DNA of 64,000 nt from a virus: positions 19,862-83,861 of the IMG/VR virus record IMGVR_UViG_3300032020_001000; one strand, given 5' to 3'. Under the pieces are notes generated by a model. The model was not told the origin of the DNA and did no database searches. It was given only the letters and a program-made list of their open reading frames with translations. This document shows, in pieces, positions 27,479-36,567 of this stretch. Within the stretch, counting starts at the first letter, position 1; every line of letters starts with the position of its first letter. The translations under genes were made by a program, and so were the position numbers.

Positions 27479-27854
27479 TATCGAGAAACGGCGCGAGAGG
27501 GCCGAGCATGCGCGGCAGCAGATTGCCCGCTTCCTGGCTGACCTGCGGGGAGCCATCGAGCGGCGCATAGCCGATTTGCATCGGTATGTCCGCCTCGCCG
27601 AGATAGTGGCGCTGATCGCGGAGCAGGCATGCCGGCATCCCGGGCAGCCCATTGATCTGACTGCGGAATTGGCGCCGCAGATCAGAACGTTTGCCATGTG
27701 GGCTCGGCAGAAAGCGGTGCAGGAACTCCATGAGTGGGAGACGGAGGCTAGGCGGCAAGGCCTATCATCTGCAGATATCAATCCCATGGCGGCATGGGAT
27801 AAGCCGCCCGCTGCGGCTGAGGCGGAAGCGGAGACCGGCGAGGGCGCGGGCTGA
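27465..27854 (+). CDS. hypothetical protein
   Basis: GAGGAGG RBS before MRQDD. Confidence 0.55.
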   Translation: MRQDDIEKRRERAEHARQQIARFLADLRGAIERRIADLHRYVRLAEIVALIAEQACRHPGQPIDLTAELAPQIRTFAMWARQKAVQELHEWETEARRQGLSSADINPMAAWDKPPAAAEAEAETGEGAG

Positions 27855-28132
27855 CGCGGCGAGCCGGGAGAGTGAGTGGCAGGGCATGGGGACGGCAGCG
27901 CGCGCTGCCGTTTCGCATTGATGGGTCGGGGTCCGGGTCCGGTGGCCCAGAGGCCAGCAGCGCGCACCAGGGCAGCCGTGTGGGGCACTGGGGATGGGAA
28001 TGGTGGGCAGCCAGGGGCAGGGCGGCGGGCGGGACACACGGGGGCATGTGGGGGCAGTTTCTGGGGCATGGAGCGCACGTCCGTTCGCTGTTTGAGGTCG
28101 AAAAGAAATCTGGCCCCAGGGCCCCGGGGCGG

Positions 28133-28160
28133 TTGACTTTGGCCGCCGGTGTGGTAACAT
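28133..28160 (+). promoter_or_regulatory. sigma70-like promoter of the small-gene cluster
   Basis: TTGACT-16 bp-TAACAT with extended TG, in a 350-bp intergenic gap. Confidence 0.6.
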
Positions 28161-28211
28161 CGGACTGTCAGACGCAGGCAAGCAGGGGCACAGCCCCGGA
28201 AGGGAACGGAG

Positions 28212-28514
28212 ATGACGGAGAAGACACGGATCGAGAAGCTGGAGAACCCGCAGGACCTGCTGACGCTGCTGAAGCTGCCGCGCACCTTCGAGTGGGACGG
28301 GAGCACCTGGGAGCATGGCAGCTCGAGCGCCGAGAGCATGGCGGCGATGCTCGGTCTGCACGGACCCGAGAGAGTATACGCGCCGACCATCGAGTGGATG
28401 GCGCACGACAAGGATGCGCACGGGAACTTCACTCGCCATCAGCGGATTCAGATGGTGTTCGAGGTTGACGGCACGACCATCAGCGCCGACCGCGTGGAGG
28501 TGATGAAGTACTGA
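28212..28514 (+). CDS. hypothetical early protein
   Basis: First ORF after the promoter. Confidence 0.65.
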   Translation: MTEKTRIEKLENPQDLLTLLKLPRTFEWDGSTWEHGSSSAESMAAMLGLHGPERVYAPTIEWMAHDKDAHGNFTRHQRIQMVFEVDGTTISADRVEVMKY

Positions 28515-28576
28515 GCGAAACGGGGCTGCGGCCCCGTCCGCCGGGGATGGCCGCCCGGCGCTGAAGAGCCAGGCCA
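28511..28576 (+). ncRNA. type II hammerhead ribozyme
   Basis: GAAA 28517, stem III, GTC 28536-28538, stem I, CTGAAGA 28561, pseudoknot TGGCC/GGCCA. Confidence 0.88.
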
Positions 28577-28583
28577 GAGAGGA

Positions 28584-28784
28584 ATGGAGATGAGAAGCGG
28601 ATGCACCTGCGAGGGCAGAGCGAGGATAGACTGCCCGGAGCATGGGCCAGCTGAGAATCAGCGGCGGCTGGAGTGCGCCAAGCGCGAGCTGGAACTGCTG
28701 ATGGAGAAGCGGCGGCAGGGCAAGCGCCTGACCCTGGCCGCGCGGCGGCAGACGCACGCCGAGGCTTGGAGCAAGAGGGTCTGA
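28584..28784 (+). CDS. hypothetical protein
   Basis: GAGG/GGAG RBS; CTC...CPEH. Confidence 0.5.
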   Translation: MEMRSGCTCEGRARIDCPEHGPAENQRRLECAKRELELLMEKRRQGKRLTLAARRQTHAEAWSKRV

Positions 28785-29176
28785 TGATGAGAGTCGCGAT
28801 TAAGTACTCGCCCTACAATGGGCGGCGCTACGGGAAGCCCTGGATTGGCATCATCAGCGGCTGGCCAGTGGGAGGCAAGCCGGAGCTGGAGTGGGGGGGA
28901 TACGTCGGCGACGCCGGCGGGGGAGAGGCGGAGGTGGATGCTGCGGTGGGGGACGTCAGCCGCAGCGGACAGAAAGACCAGCGAGGGACTCGCTCCCTCA
29001 GCAGCTGGCATATCGTGGGCAGCGATGGGGAGCTGGTACAGGTCGGCCCCGTCGAGGCGCGAGAGGCCTGGGACAAGCGCCAGGCGGAGATGGCGCAGGG
29101 AGCGGACAACCCGTTACTGGCATTCACCGACGAGCAGTTGATGGCGGAGATGGAGCGGCGGGAACTGAGCGCGTAG
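28784..29176 (+). CDS. conserved phage hypothetical protein
   Basis: YNGRRYGKPWIG...GQKDQRG; coupled start. Confidence 0.65.
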   Translation: MMRVAIKYSPYNGRRYGKPWIGIISGWPVGGKPELEWGGYVGDAGGGEAEVDAAVGDVSRSGQKDQRGTRSLSSWHIVGSDGELVQVGPVEAREAWDKRQAEMAQGADNPLLAFTDEQLMAEMERRELSA

Positions 29177-29207
29177 GGCCCGGCAAGGGCAGAAAGGAAC
29201 AGAGCAG

Positions 29208-29420
29208 ATGAGGGACATTCTGCGAGTGATGAAGCTGGGCGATGGTGATGATGAAATTGGCATCACCATCGGGACGGGCGCGGTCTACCGCGTCGAGATG
29301 GACTGGTCAGGCAGCGAGGTCAACGTGACGGCCTACGATGAGCGCGACCAGAAACTGCCGCACGGGCACCTGGCCGCGCGACTGACACTGGCGCTCATAG
29401 ACCTGGGAATCGTGCCGTGA
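29208..29420 (+). CDS. hypothetical protein
   Basis: AAGGA RBS. Confidence 0.55.
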   Translation: MRDILRVMKLGDGDDEIGITIGTGAVYRVEMDWSGSEVNVTAYDERDQKLPHGHLAARLTLALIDLGIVP

Positions 29421-29671
29421 ACATCGTGGCGCACTATACCCGCAAGCTCGGCGCCCCCGGGGCCGGCATCTACCGCTGCGGATACTGGGATACCAATTCG
29501 GGGACGACCCACGCGGCGAAGGACGGATACACGCTGTGCGGCCACCCCGTCCGCGGCGCCGAGCGGGGCTGGGAGGACCTGGGGCTGAGGCATACCGGAC
29601 TGCCGCTCGACGACGGCCGCAACGGGGTAGGATGCAAAGGCTGTCTGCGCGCGGCGCGGAGGGCGCGATGA
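29417..29671 (+). CDS. hypothetical protein
   Basis: Coupled; TH...TLCG...CKGC. Confidence 0.55.
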   Translation: MNIVAHYTRKLGAPGAGIYRCGYWDTNSGTTHAAKDGYTLCGHPVRGAERGWEDLGLRHTGLPLDDGRNGVGCKGCLRAARRAR

Positions 29672-29871
29672 GAGTGACCATCTACGTGAACCCATTGGGA
29701 TACTTCACCGCCGGGCCTGTGCTGCGTCGGCCAGTGACGCCGGGGACCTGGCGCCCACTGCTAACGTGGAAGCACCGGCGCCACCGCGGGGAGCCTGCCG
29801 CAGCCATCCGCCGGATGTACGGGGAGTTGCTCATGCGGATGAAGCAGAGCAGAGAGGAGAGAGGGTCATGA
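29668..29871 (+). CDS. hypothetical protein
   Basis: ATGA-coupled, GGAGG RBS. Confidence 0.45.
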   Translation: MRVTIYVNPLGYFTAGPVLRRPVTPGTWRPLLTWKHRRHRGEPAAAIRRMYGELLMRMKQSREERGS

Positions 29872-30146
29872 GCGAAGCCAAGGTGAGTCTGCTGGAGGGG
29901 ATGCAGTGTCCGGGCTGCGGGTTTGAGGCTGGCGATGAGGGGGAGCACCTGCATATCGAGGTCACACTGGTCGCGGACGTGTTTCCGAGCGGCGTGAGCT
30001 TCGAGGGCAGCGAGGAGGGTGCGCGCTGGGAGGATCAGGACTACTGCCAGTGCTGCGAGTGCGGGCATGAGGGGACGGTAGGGGAGTTCCTCGCGGCCGG
30101 AGCAGCGGGGGAAGGAGCTAAGGACGGCAGCGGGACACCTGCCTGA
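29868..30146 (+). CDS. small Zn-ribbon protein
   Basis: CPGCG...CCECGH. Confidence 0.6.
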   Translation: MSEAKVSLLEGMQCPGCGFEAGDEGEHLHIEVTLVADVFPSGVSFEGSEEGARWEDQDYCQCCECGHEGTVGEFLAAGAAGEGAKDGSGTPA

Positions 30147-30330
30147 GCCAGGCAGATCGACAGAGCGCGGTCGACGCGCTCGTGGCCGAGGGACTGGCCT
30201 ACCGCGACGCCTCGGCGTTCGTCGACTTCATGTTCGGCACAGTCGCCGTGATCCGCGACTGCGAGCCGGACGAGCACCTGGACGAGGAGCTGCGGCGGAG
30301 ACTGACCATGATGGCCGAGGAGGCGTGGCG

Positions 30331-30747
30331 ATGACCAATGAGTCGGATCGAATCAGTGCGTGGGTGCCGCAGGAGATCATTGCGGCGCTGACGGCGCGCG
30401 GCATTCTGAGCGAGGCGCTGCGCGAGGTGCTGGCGCGATACTTCGCGCTGCTCGAGGCAGCGCGGGCGGACCTGCGGGAGCGATTCGCGGCGGCCGAACT
30501 CGGCCTGCTCGTGGACATCTGCCAGGGCACGCTGTGGGAGGCGCACACCCTGTGCATGGTGGGGCAGCAGGCGGCAGACGCCGAGGATGCGCACTACGAG
30601 AGATGGGGACTGGAGCGCAGGGACCTGCTGAAAAAGATGCGGGGGCTCAATCTCCTGCAGCGCGCAGCCCTGGTCGATGCCATCGAGCGCTACTGGCGGG
30701 CGTCCGCAACTGGCATGCGGATCAGCCATGAGGGGATATTGGGCTGA
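30331..30747 (+). CDS. hypothetical protein, possible regulator
   Basis: GAGGAGG RBS; RHH-like N-terminus (RISAWVPQEII). Confidence 0.65.
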   Translation: MTNESDRISAWVPQEIIAALTARGILSEALREVLARYFALLEAARADLRERFAAAELGLLVDICQGTLWEAHTLCMVGQQAADAEDAHYERWGLERRDLLKKMRGLNLLQRAALVDAIERYWRASATGMRISHEGILG

Positions 30748-30870
30748 CGAGACAGCATGTGCGGCGCCGGCGATGTGGGCGGCGAGAAGGGCACGGGCCT
30801 CTGGCGCGCGCCATAGATTCGCCGGCGCTGGCGCTGCGGCCGGCGAAGCGAGAGCGGCAAGGCAGCGAGG

Positions 30871-31774
30871 GCTGCTCAAATAGATTGCAGGAAGGAGAAA
30901 GCGCGCCAAGCATCGGCGTGAGAAAGGGCGAGGAGGGCAGGAAGATGGTCAAGGCAAAGTGGCTGGTTAAGGACAGGAGGTTTGTTCCGATGAAGTGGCT
31001 GCGCGTCCTAGGCATCATCGCATTAGTCATGTACCTCACGCCGCCAGCGGCGGCCGTGGACTGGGTGGGAACACTGCCCGAGGCGGTGGCGGCCCTGAAG
31101 CCACCTCCGCCGGCAGAACTGCCGGTGGCCGTGCTGCCTGTCTGGGCGCCAAGCCCGCGCGTCGCCGCCCTGGCCCGGGCCTGCATCCTGCTCAATCTTG
31201 AACGCAGGGGCTTCGCCCTGGCTCCATCCGGCAAACTCCGGCCTTCTGCCGAGACGCGCGATCGCGCCCCCCAGGCGCCCAGCCCCGAGTCCGTGGCGAT
31301 CCATGCCGCGAAGGTGGACATCCTGGTCAAGGTGGCCCGCGCCCGCGACCCGACCGCGCGCCTGGAGCGCGAGGATGCGCTGGGCCTTGGGGAGAGAGCG
31401 AAGGCGCGATGGGTCATATTCGGCGAAGTGGAAAACCTCAATACCGCGATTCACAAGCGGATATTGTTCACTCGCAAGGTCGGCTCTATTGACATGCGCC
31501 TATCGCTGCTGGACGTTCCGACCGGGGAGGTTGTCTACTGGGCGTATATCCGCGACACGGGCACTGGCGGAGTCGGGTTCTGGATGGCGCCAGCCCAGGA
31601 GATCGAGCGACACCTGCTGACCCGCACCATCAACCGCATCATGGACGACATAGCGAAGGCGCTTCCGCCCCACAAAGTGGGCAGCGAGGTCACCGAGGCC
31701 CAAGTGCAGCGCCTGGCTGAAACCATAGGGTTCGAGTTGGTGATGGAGTAGCGCTGCTCAAATACATTGCAGGA
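30871..31774 (+). repeat. 22-bp direct repeat GCTGCTCAAATASATTGCAGGA (two copies)
   Basis: 30871-30892 and 31753-31774, 21/22 identical, each upstream of an envelope-protein gene. Confidence 0.75.
30990..31751 (+). CDS. exported protein, CsgG/LpoB-like alpha-beta fold
   Basis: Signal peptide MKWLRVLGIIALV...AAA; VAVLP...LG...ARWVIFGEV...LLDVPTGEVVY. Confidence 0.6.
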   Translation: MKWLRVLGIIALVMYLTPPAAAVDWVGTLPEAVAALKPPPPAELPVAVLPVWAPSPRVAALARACILLNLERRGFALAPSGKLRPSAETRDRAPQAPSPESVAIHAAKVDILVKVARARDPTARLEREDALGLGERAKARWVIFGEVENLNTAIHKRILFTRKVGSIDMRLSLLDVPTGEVVYWAYIRDTGTGGVGFWMAPAQEIERHLLTRTINRIMDDIAKALPPHKVGSEVTEAQVQRLAETIGFELVME

Positions 31775-31784
31775 GGGATTGACC

Positions 31785-32318
31785 ATGAGATGGGTAGTCG
31801 TTGTGGCGGTGCTGTTGCTGATAGCAGGAATTGGCTGGAGCGCAGGCGATGAAGCAGGACGCGACCTTTCGGTGGCAGTCCTTTACGGTCAGGGCTCCAG
31901 CGGCGGTGATGCAGCGTTTGGTATGGAACTGATCGGGGGTCGCGGCGCAGATTGGGATGGAGTGGCGCTGTGGCTTTCGGGCAAGCCCTTCCAGGGAGAG
32001 GATGTGATTGACACATCCATTCCGCATGGCGACTATCGCGTCCGCGAGGAGCACGGATCGATTGGGCTGCAGTACCTGCATGGATCGGGAACTCCGCGCG
32101 CGCTGGCCATCGTCGGTGTCGGCTTCATCATGGATGAGACCCGCTACATTCAAGTTTCCAACGTCACGGGCTGGGAGTGGGCCGGCGGATCTGATACGCA
32201 TTACGAGGTGACCGCACAGGTCGGCGGCCGCCTGCAGCTTGCGCCCGGGCTCAGCTTGCGCGCGGGCTATGATAGCCATTACCGCGCCTTTGGCGGCCTG
32301 GCCTTTCAATCGCGGTAG
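31785..32318 (+). CDS. outer-membrane beta-barrel-like protein
   Basis: Signal peptide; alternating Gly/aromatic strands; C-terminal GGLAFQSR. Confidence 0.6.
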   Translation: MRWVVVVAVLLLIAGIGWSAGDEAGRDLSVAVLYGQGSSGGDAAFGMELIGGRGADWDGVALWLSGKPFQGEDVIDTSIPHGDYRVREEHGSIGLQYLHGSGTPRALAIVGVGFIMDETRYIQVSNVTGWEWAGGSDTHYEVTAQVGGRLQLAPGLSLRAGYDSHYRAFGGLAFQSR

Positions 32319-32408
32319 GGGCTATAACGACACCAGGCAGGGGAGACCGGGGCACACGCGGGCAGCTGCGGGGCAACCGCAAGGGCTGTGTGTGGACCCG
32401 CCCTCGTG

Positions 32409-32417
32409 TGGTATAAT
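32409..32417 (+). promoter_or_regulatory. extended -10 promoter upstream of the methylase/terminase operon
   Basis: TGGTATAAT followed by a GC hairpin; no consensus -35. Confidence 0.5.
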
Positions 32418-32481
32418 CGAGACGGGCCGCCTGCGGGAAAACTGTGGGCGGCCCGGCTTGTGGCCCTGCCTGGAGAGTGCA

Positions 32482-33948
32482 TTGACTGAACCGACCGACT
32501 GGTTGCGCCTGCCGCTCGAGCGGCTGCTGGCGAATCCGCGCAACTACCGCAGGCATCCCGAGGCGCAGATCGCGGCGCTCCGCGCCAACCTCAGTCGTCA
32601 TGGGCAGCAGAAGCCCGTGGTGATCCGCTCGGACGACACGATCCTGGCCGGCCACGCGCTGGTGGAGGCGGCGCGGCAGTCGGGCTGGAGCGAGATCGGC
32701 ATACGCGTCTACGACGGCACCGCCCCCGACGCATTCCTGGTCGACGATAACGAGTCGGTGCGCCTGGCAGAGGATGATGACCAGGCACTCGCCGGGCTGC
32801 TGCGAGAGCGCATGGAGGCGGGGACGCTGGACTCCACGGGCTGGGGAGAGGATGAGGTGCGGGCGCTGCTCGAGCGCATCGAGGCGGAGCAGCACCAGGT
32901 GCAGGGCGAAGATCCGGGGCCGGGGGAGGCGCCGGCGGAGCCGGTAACGCGCCCGGGCGACTTATGGCTGCTGGGCGAGCACCGGCTGCTGTGCGGTGAC
33001 TGCATGGTCGAGGGCGACATCGACCGCCTCATGGCCGGCGAGAAGGCCGGGTGCTGCGTGACGTCGCCGCCCTACGCCATGCAGCGAGAATCGACGTACG
33101 GCGGCACCCCCGCCTCCGATTATCCCGCCTGGTTCCGGCGCGTGGCAGCCCAGGTGTGGAGCGCGCTCGATGAGGCCGGCAGTTTCTTTCTGAACCTCAA
33201 AGAACACGTCGAGGATGGCCAGCGCAGCCTCTACGTCATGCGTACGGTGATCGCTCTCGTCGAGGCGGGTTGGCGCTACGTGGATCAGCTGATCTGGGTG
33301 AAGCCCGGGCTGCCGGGCGAGCACTACCCGCGCTTGAAGAATGACTTCGAGCCGATTCATTTCTTCGCGCGGCAGGACGCCGTCAACTGGCAAGTGCGGG
33401 TTGTGGACATGAACCGCGACTGGCTGGCGGAGACCGACTTCAACCTGGCGGAGATGTATGAGGACATCTTCCAGTTCTCCAAGCAGTTCCGGATCAGGTT
33501 CCGACCGCGCGCAGTGGGGCACCGAAGCACGGGCGTTCCTGAGTATCAAGGGCCCGGCGGCTCCTACGGCCCCAGCGGGAACATCAGCCTGAACGATGAT
33601 GTGCGAGTCTCAGGCATCGCGCGCCCGGGCAACGTGCAGCATTTTGGACTAAATCGTGAATCCTTCGATCATCCGGCGGTGTTCCCGGTGGCGCTGCCGG
33701 CCTTCTTCATGCGCTTGACCACCGAGGAAGGCGGGCTGACCTTCGAACCCTTCTCCGGCGCGGGCACGACCATCATCGCCGCGGAGCAGAACCAGCGCCG
33801 ATGCGTCGCCGTGGAACTGGTGCCGGCCTACTGCGACGTCGCTATCGAGCGCTGGCAGCGCATGACCGGACGCCCAGTGTCCCATGCGGAGACAGGCAGA
33901 ACCTTCGCCGAGTACACTCAGGAGCGTGCTCAGGGCGGCGCAGAGTGA
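32482..33948 (+). CDS. ParB-domain fused N4/N6 DNA methyltransferase
   Basis: NPRNYRRH, AGH, HRLLCGD, TSPPY, HPAVFP, EPFSGAGTT; TTG start after GGAGA. Confidence 0.88.
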   Translation: MTEPTDWLRLPLERLLANPRNYRRHPEAQIAALRANLSRHGQQKPVVIRSDDTILAGHALVEAARQSGWSEIGIRVYDGTAPDAFLVDDNESVRLAEDDDQALAGLLRERMEAGTLDSTGWGEDEVRALLERIEAEQHQVQGEDPGPGEAPAEPVTRPGDLWLLGEHRLLCGDCMVEGDIDRLMAGEKAGCCVTSPPYAMQRESTYGGTPASDYPAWFRRVAAQVWSALDEAGSFFLNLKEHVEDGQRSLYVMRTVIALVEAGWRYVDQLIWVKPGLPGEHYPRLKNDFEPIHFFARQDAVNWQVRVVDMNRDWLAETDFNLAEMYEDIFQFSKQFRIRFRPRAVGHRSTGVPEYQGPGGSYGPSGNISLNDDVRVSGIARPGNVQHFGLNRESFDHPAVFPVALPAFFMRLTTEEGGLTFEPFSGAGTTIIAAEQNQRRCVAVELVPAYCDVAIERWQRMTGRPVSHAETGRTFAEYTQERAQGGAE

Positions 33949-33994
33949 CACAGATCGGGACAGTCATCGCGCGCGCGCGCGAGGCGGCAGACGC

Positions 33995-34768
33995 ATGAGC
34001 GCCGATCGGCAACCGCTGCAGCCGGCCGGGAATGGGGCAGACGGGAGCCCCGGCGGGGAGCAACGTGGAGGGACGGGACCAGATCACCAGCCGCCGGGCA
34101 ATGTAGGCACACAGGGGCACACAGGGGCAACTCCGGGGCAACCTGGGCGGCGACGGCGCGGCGGTGGGGCCCGGGCGGAGCGGATCGCTATCCTCGAGGA
34201 GCGGCGTACGCGGGTGTGGATGCTGGCACTCGTCCGCAAGCTCAGCGTCCGCGAGATCGCCCAGGTCGTGGGCGTTGGGAAGAGCACGGTCGACCGGGAT
34301 CTGCTGACGGTCCGCAGGCGCACACATGCAGTGATACGCGCGACCGGCCGCATGGAGCAAGCCGTCCTGCAGATGGCGGCGCAGATTATCGAGACCTGCG
34401 ACGCGGTGGCGCGGCAGGCCTGGGCCGACCTGATGGAGGCGCCAAAGGGCTCGTCGACGCGGGCGCGGTTCCTGCGGATCATCCTGGGAGCCGTCGCAGA
34501 GCAGGTCAAGTTGCTGCAATCCCTCGGGGTAATGAAGCGGGTACCGGAGGAGGTGGTGATCGGTGGATTCGAGCTTGAGCAGCGTCTCCAGCGACTCAGC
34601 GACGAGGATGCGGCCGCAGCTATCGCGCTCCTCGATCAAATCTGTCCCCCTATTGAGGGAGCCACTGGCGGCAATGGTGGCCGCGCGCAGCGACCCGCGA
34701 GCGTGGATCGAGAGCCACCTTTGGATACGCGACAAGCGCCGCCGCCTGATACCACTGCACCTGAATGA
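33995..34768 (+). CDS. terminase small subunit-like HTH protein
   Basis: LSVREIAQVVGVGKSTVDRDL; immediately before the large terminase. Confidence 0.7.
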   Translation: MSADRQPLQPAGNGADGSPGGEQRGGTGPDHQPPGNVGTQGHTGATPGQPGRRRRGGGARAERIAILEERRTRVWMLALVRKLSVREIAQVVGVGKSTVDRDLLTVRRRTHAVIRATGRMEQAVLQMAAQIIETCDAVARQAWADLMEAPKGSSTRARFLRIILGAVAEQVKLLQSLGVMKRVPEEVVIGGFELEQRLQRLSDEDAAAAIALLDQICPPIEGATGGNGGRAQRPASVDREPPLDTRQAPPPDTTAPE

Positions 34769-36263
34769 GTGCCAGGCCGATTACCATGCCCACGCGACGC
34801 AGTGGGACGTGATCCTCAAGGCGCGGCAGATCGGGTTCACCACGCTCATCTGCGCCCGCTACTTCGCTGACTGCCTGCTGCGGCGCAATACCGTGTCGGT
34901 CATCGTGGCGCATGATGCCGACTCGGCGGAGAAGATCTTCCGCATCGTGCAGCTCTACTGGGAGCGGCTACCGGCGTGGCTGCACGTGATGGCGGGCAAG
35001 CCGCGCTTCTCCAACCGCCGCGAGTTCTTCTGGCCGCAGATCAACAGCCAGTTCTATGTCGGCACCGCCGGCGCCCTGACCTTTGGACGCGGCCAGACCA
35101 TCAACAACCTGCACTGCAGCGAGTTCGCGTTCTGGCCCAAGCCCGAGGAGGCGCTGGTTGCCCTCAGCGAGGCAGTGCCTGCGGATGGGCGGATGGTGAT
35201 CGAGAGCACGGCCAACGGCATGGGCAATTACTTCCACCGCCTGTGGCGGGCGGCGATGGATCAGGAGAACCGCTTTACGCCGCACTGGTATCGGTGGTTT
35301 GACTCCAGCGAGTATGCAGCGGCGCCGACCGCCGCCGAGGAAGCGGCATGGGCCGCACAACTGGTTTCGGCGGACGCTGGCCAGCTCGGGGCGAGGGATG
35401 GGGTAGCTGGCCTCAGCCAGGATGAACTGCGCCTCATTCGCGGCCACGGGCTGTCCTTTGCACAGATCAAGTGGCGGCGGGAGAAGGTGCGCGACCTCGG
35501 CCAGCGCTTCAGGCAGGAATACCCCGAGAATGACCTGGACTGCTTCCTGGCGAGCACGCGCGGGGTGTTCGAGCCGGATGCGCTGGAGCGAGCGGTGGCG
35601 CGGATCGCCGCCGAGCCGCGGGCGCAGCGCCTTGATATCCTGCGCGGCAAGGACAGCCAGATCGCGGTCGCGCCGGCAACGCTGCTGGTATGGGAGGAGC
35701 CGGTCGCGGAGCGCATCTACGTGATCGGCGCCGACGTTGGCGAGGGGCTTGCTGGCGGCGATGCATCCGCGGCCTGCGTGCTGGACCGCAACAGCGGGGC
35801 GCAGGCGGCAGAGCTGCACGGACGGGTGGCGCCCGACCGCTTCGCGCAGCAACTGAACCTCCTGGGCCGCTGGTATAACCGGGCGCTGCTGGCGGTGGAG
35901 CGCAACAACCACGGGCACTCGACGCTCAACACGCTACGCAATGTCCTGCGCTACCCGCGCCTCTACTACCACGTGCGCTACGATGCGATGAGGCAGGCTA
36001 CTCCTATGCTGGGCTGGCCGACCGACCAGGCGACGAAGCCGATCCTGGTGGACGATATGGCGGCAGCGATATCGCAGGATGCGTTAATCATGCGCTCATC
36101 CGGGCTGGCGGACGAATGCCGGACGTTCGTGGTTCACAATGATGGATCGCAGGGGGCGGAGGTCGGCCAGTTTGATGATCGGGTGATTGCTGCGGGTATT
36201 GCATGGCAGGCGCGCAAGCGGATGGTGCCGCGGCCCATTGCCAAGCGGCCAGAGGGATGGTGA
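34674..36263 (+). CDS. terL: terminase large subunit
   Basis: LKARQIGFTT, LHCSE, ESTANG, GADVGEG, VERNNHG, DDRVIA; start uncertain. Confidence 0.92.
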   Translation: MVAARSDPRAWIESHLWIRDKRRRLIPLHLNECQADYHAHATQWDVILKARQIGFTTLICARYFADCLLRRNTVSVIVAHDADSAEKIFRIVQLYWERLPAWLHVMAGKPRFSNRREFFWPQINSQFYVGTAGALTFGRGQTINNLHCSEFAFWPKPEEALVALSEAVPADGRMVIESTANGMGNYFHRLWRAAMDQENRFTPHWYRWFDSSEYAAAPTAAEEAAWAAQLVSADAGQLGARDGVAGLSQDELRLIRGHGLSFAQIKWRREKVRDLGQRFRQEYPENDLDCFLASTRGVFEPDALERAVARIAAEPRAQRLDILRGKDSQIAVAPATLLVWEEPVAERIYVIGADVGEGLAGGDASAACVLDRNSGAQAAELHGRVAPDRFAQQLNLLGRWYNRALLAVERNNHGHSTLNTLRNVLRYPRLYYHVRYDAMRQATPMLGWPTDQATKPILVDDMAAAISQDALIMRSSGLADECRTFVVHNDGSQGAEVGQFDDRVIAAGIAWQARKRMVPRPIAKRPEGW

Positions 36264-36484
36264 TGGGGGCTCAGCGCCACTGGGATAATCTGGTGGCGGC
36301 CGTCTATGCCTATGGCCAGCAGGTAGGCGGCTTCGGATCGGTGACCGTGCGCATCGGTTTTCACGAGGGCCTGCCCGTGCAACTGGATGTCCTGAATCGC
36401 GAGGAGCGGTGCCGGCTGGATGGCGGCGGCATCGTGTTGACACCGAAGCCCGGCCCGGTTACACTGCCTACAGATAACCAGTAG
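36257..36484 (+). CDS. small DUF2292/YezD-like protein
   Basis: FGSVTVRIGFHEGLPVQLDV...ERCRLD. Confidence 0.45.
   Translation: MVMGAQRHWDNLVAAVYAYGQQVGGFGSVTVRIGFHEGLPVQLDVLNREERCRLDGGGIVLTPKPGPVTLPTDNQ
36437..36465 (+). promoter_or_regulatory. sigma70 promoter upstream of the portal gene
   Basis: TTGACA-17 bp-TACACT. Confidence 0.7.
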
Positions 36485-36507
36485 CACCCGCCGACATCTC
36501 GCAGATT

Positions 36508-36551
36508 AGGCGGCCTCGATTCCCGATGGTCATCGGGCGAGGCCGCCTTTT
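36508..36551 (+). terminator. terminator-like leader hairpin
   Basis: AGGCGGCCTCG...CGAGGCCGCCT followed by TTT. Confidence 0.6.
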
Positions 36552-36567
36552 GCATTAGGAGGAGAGC

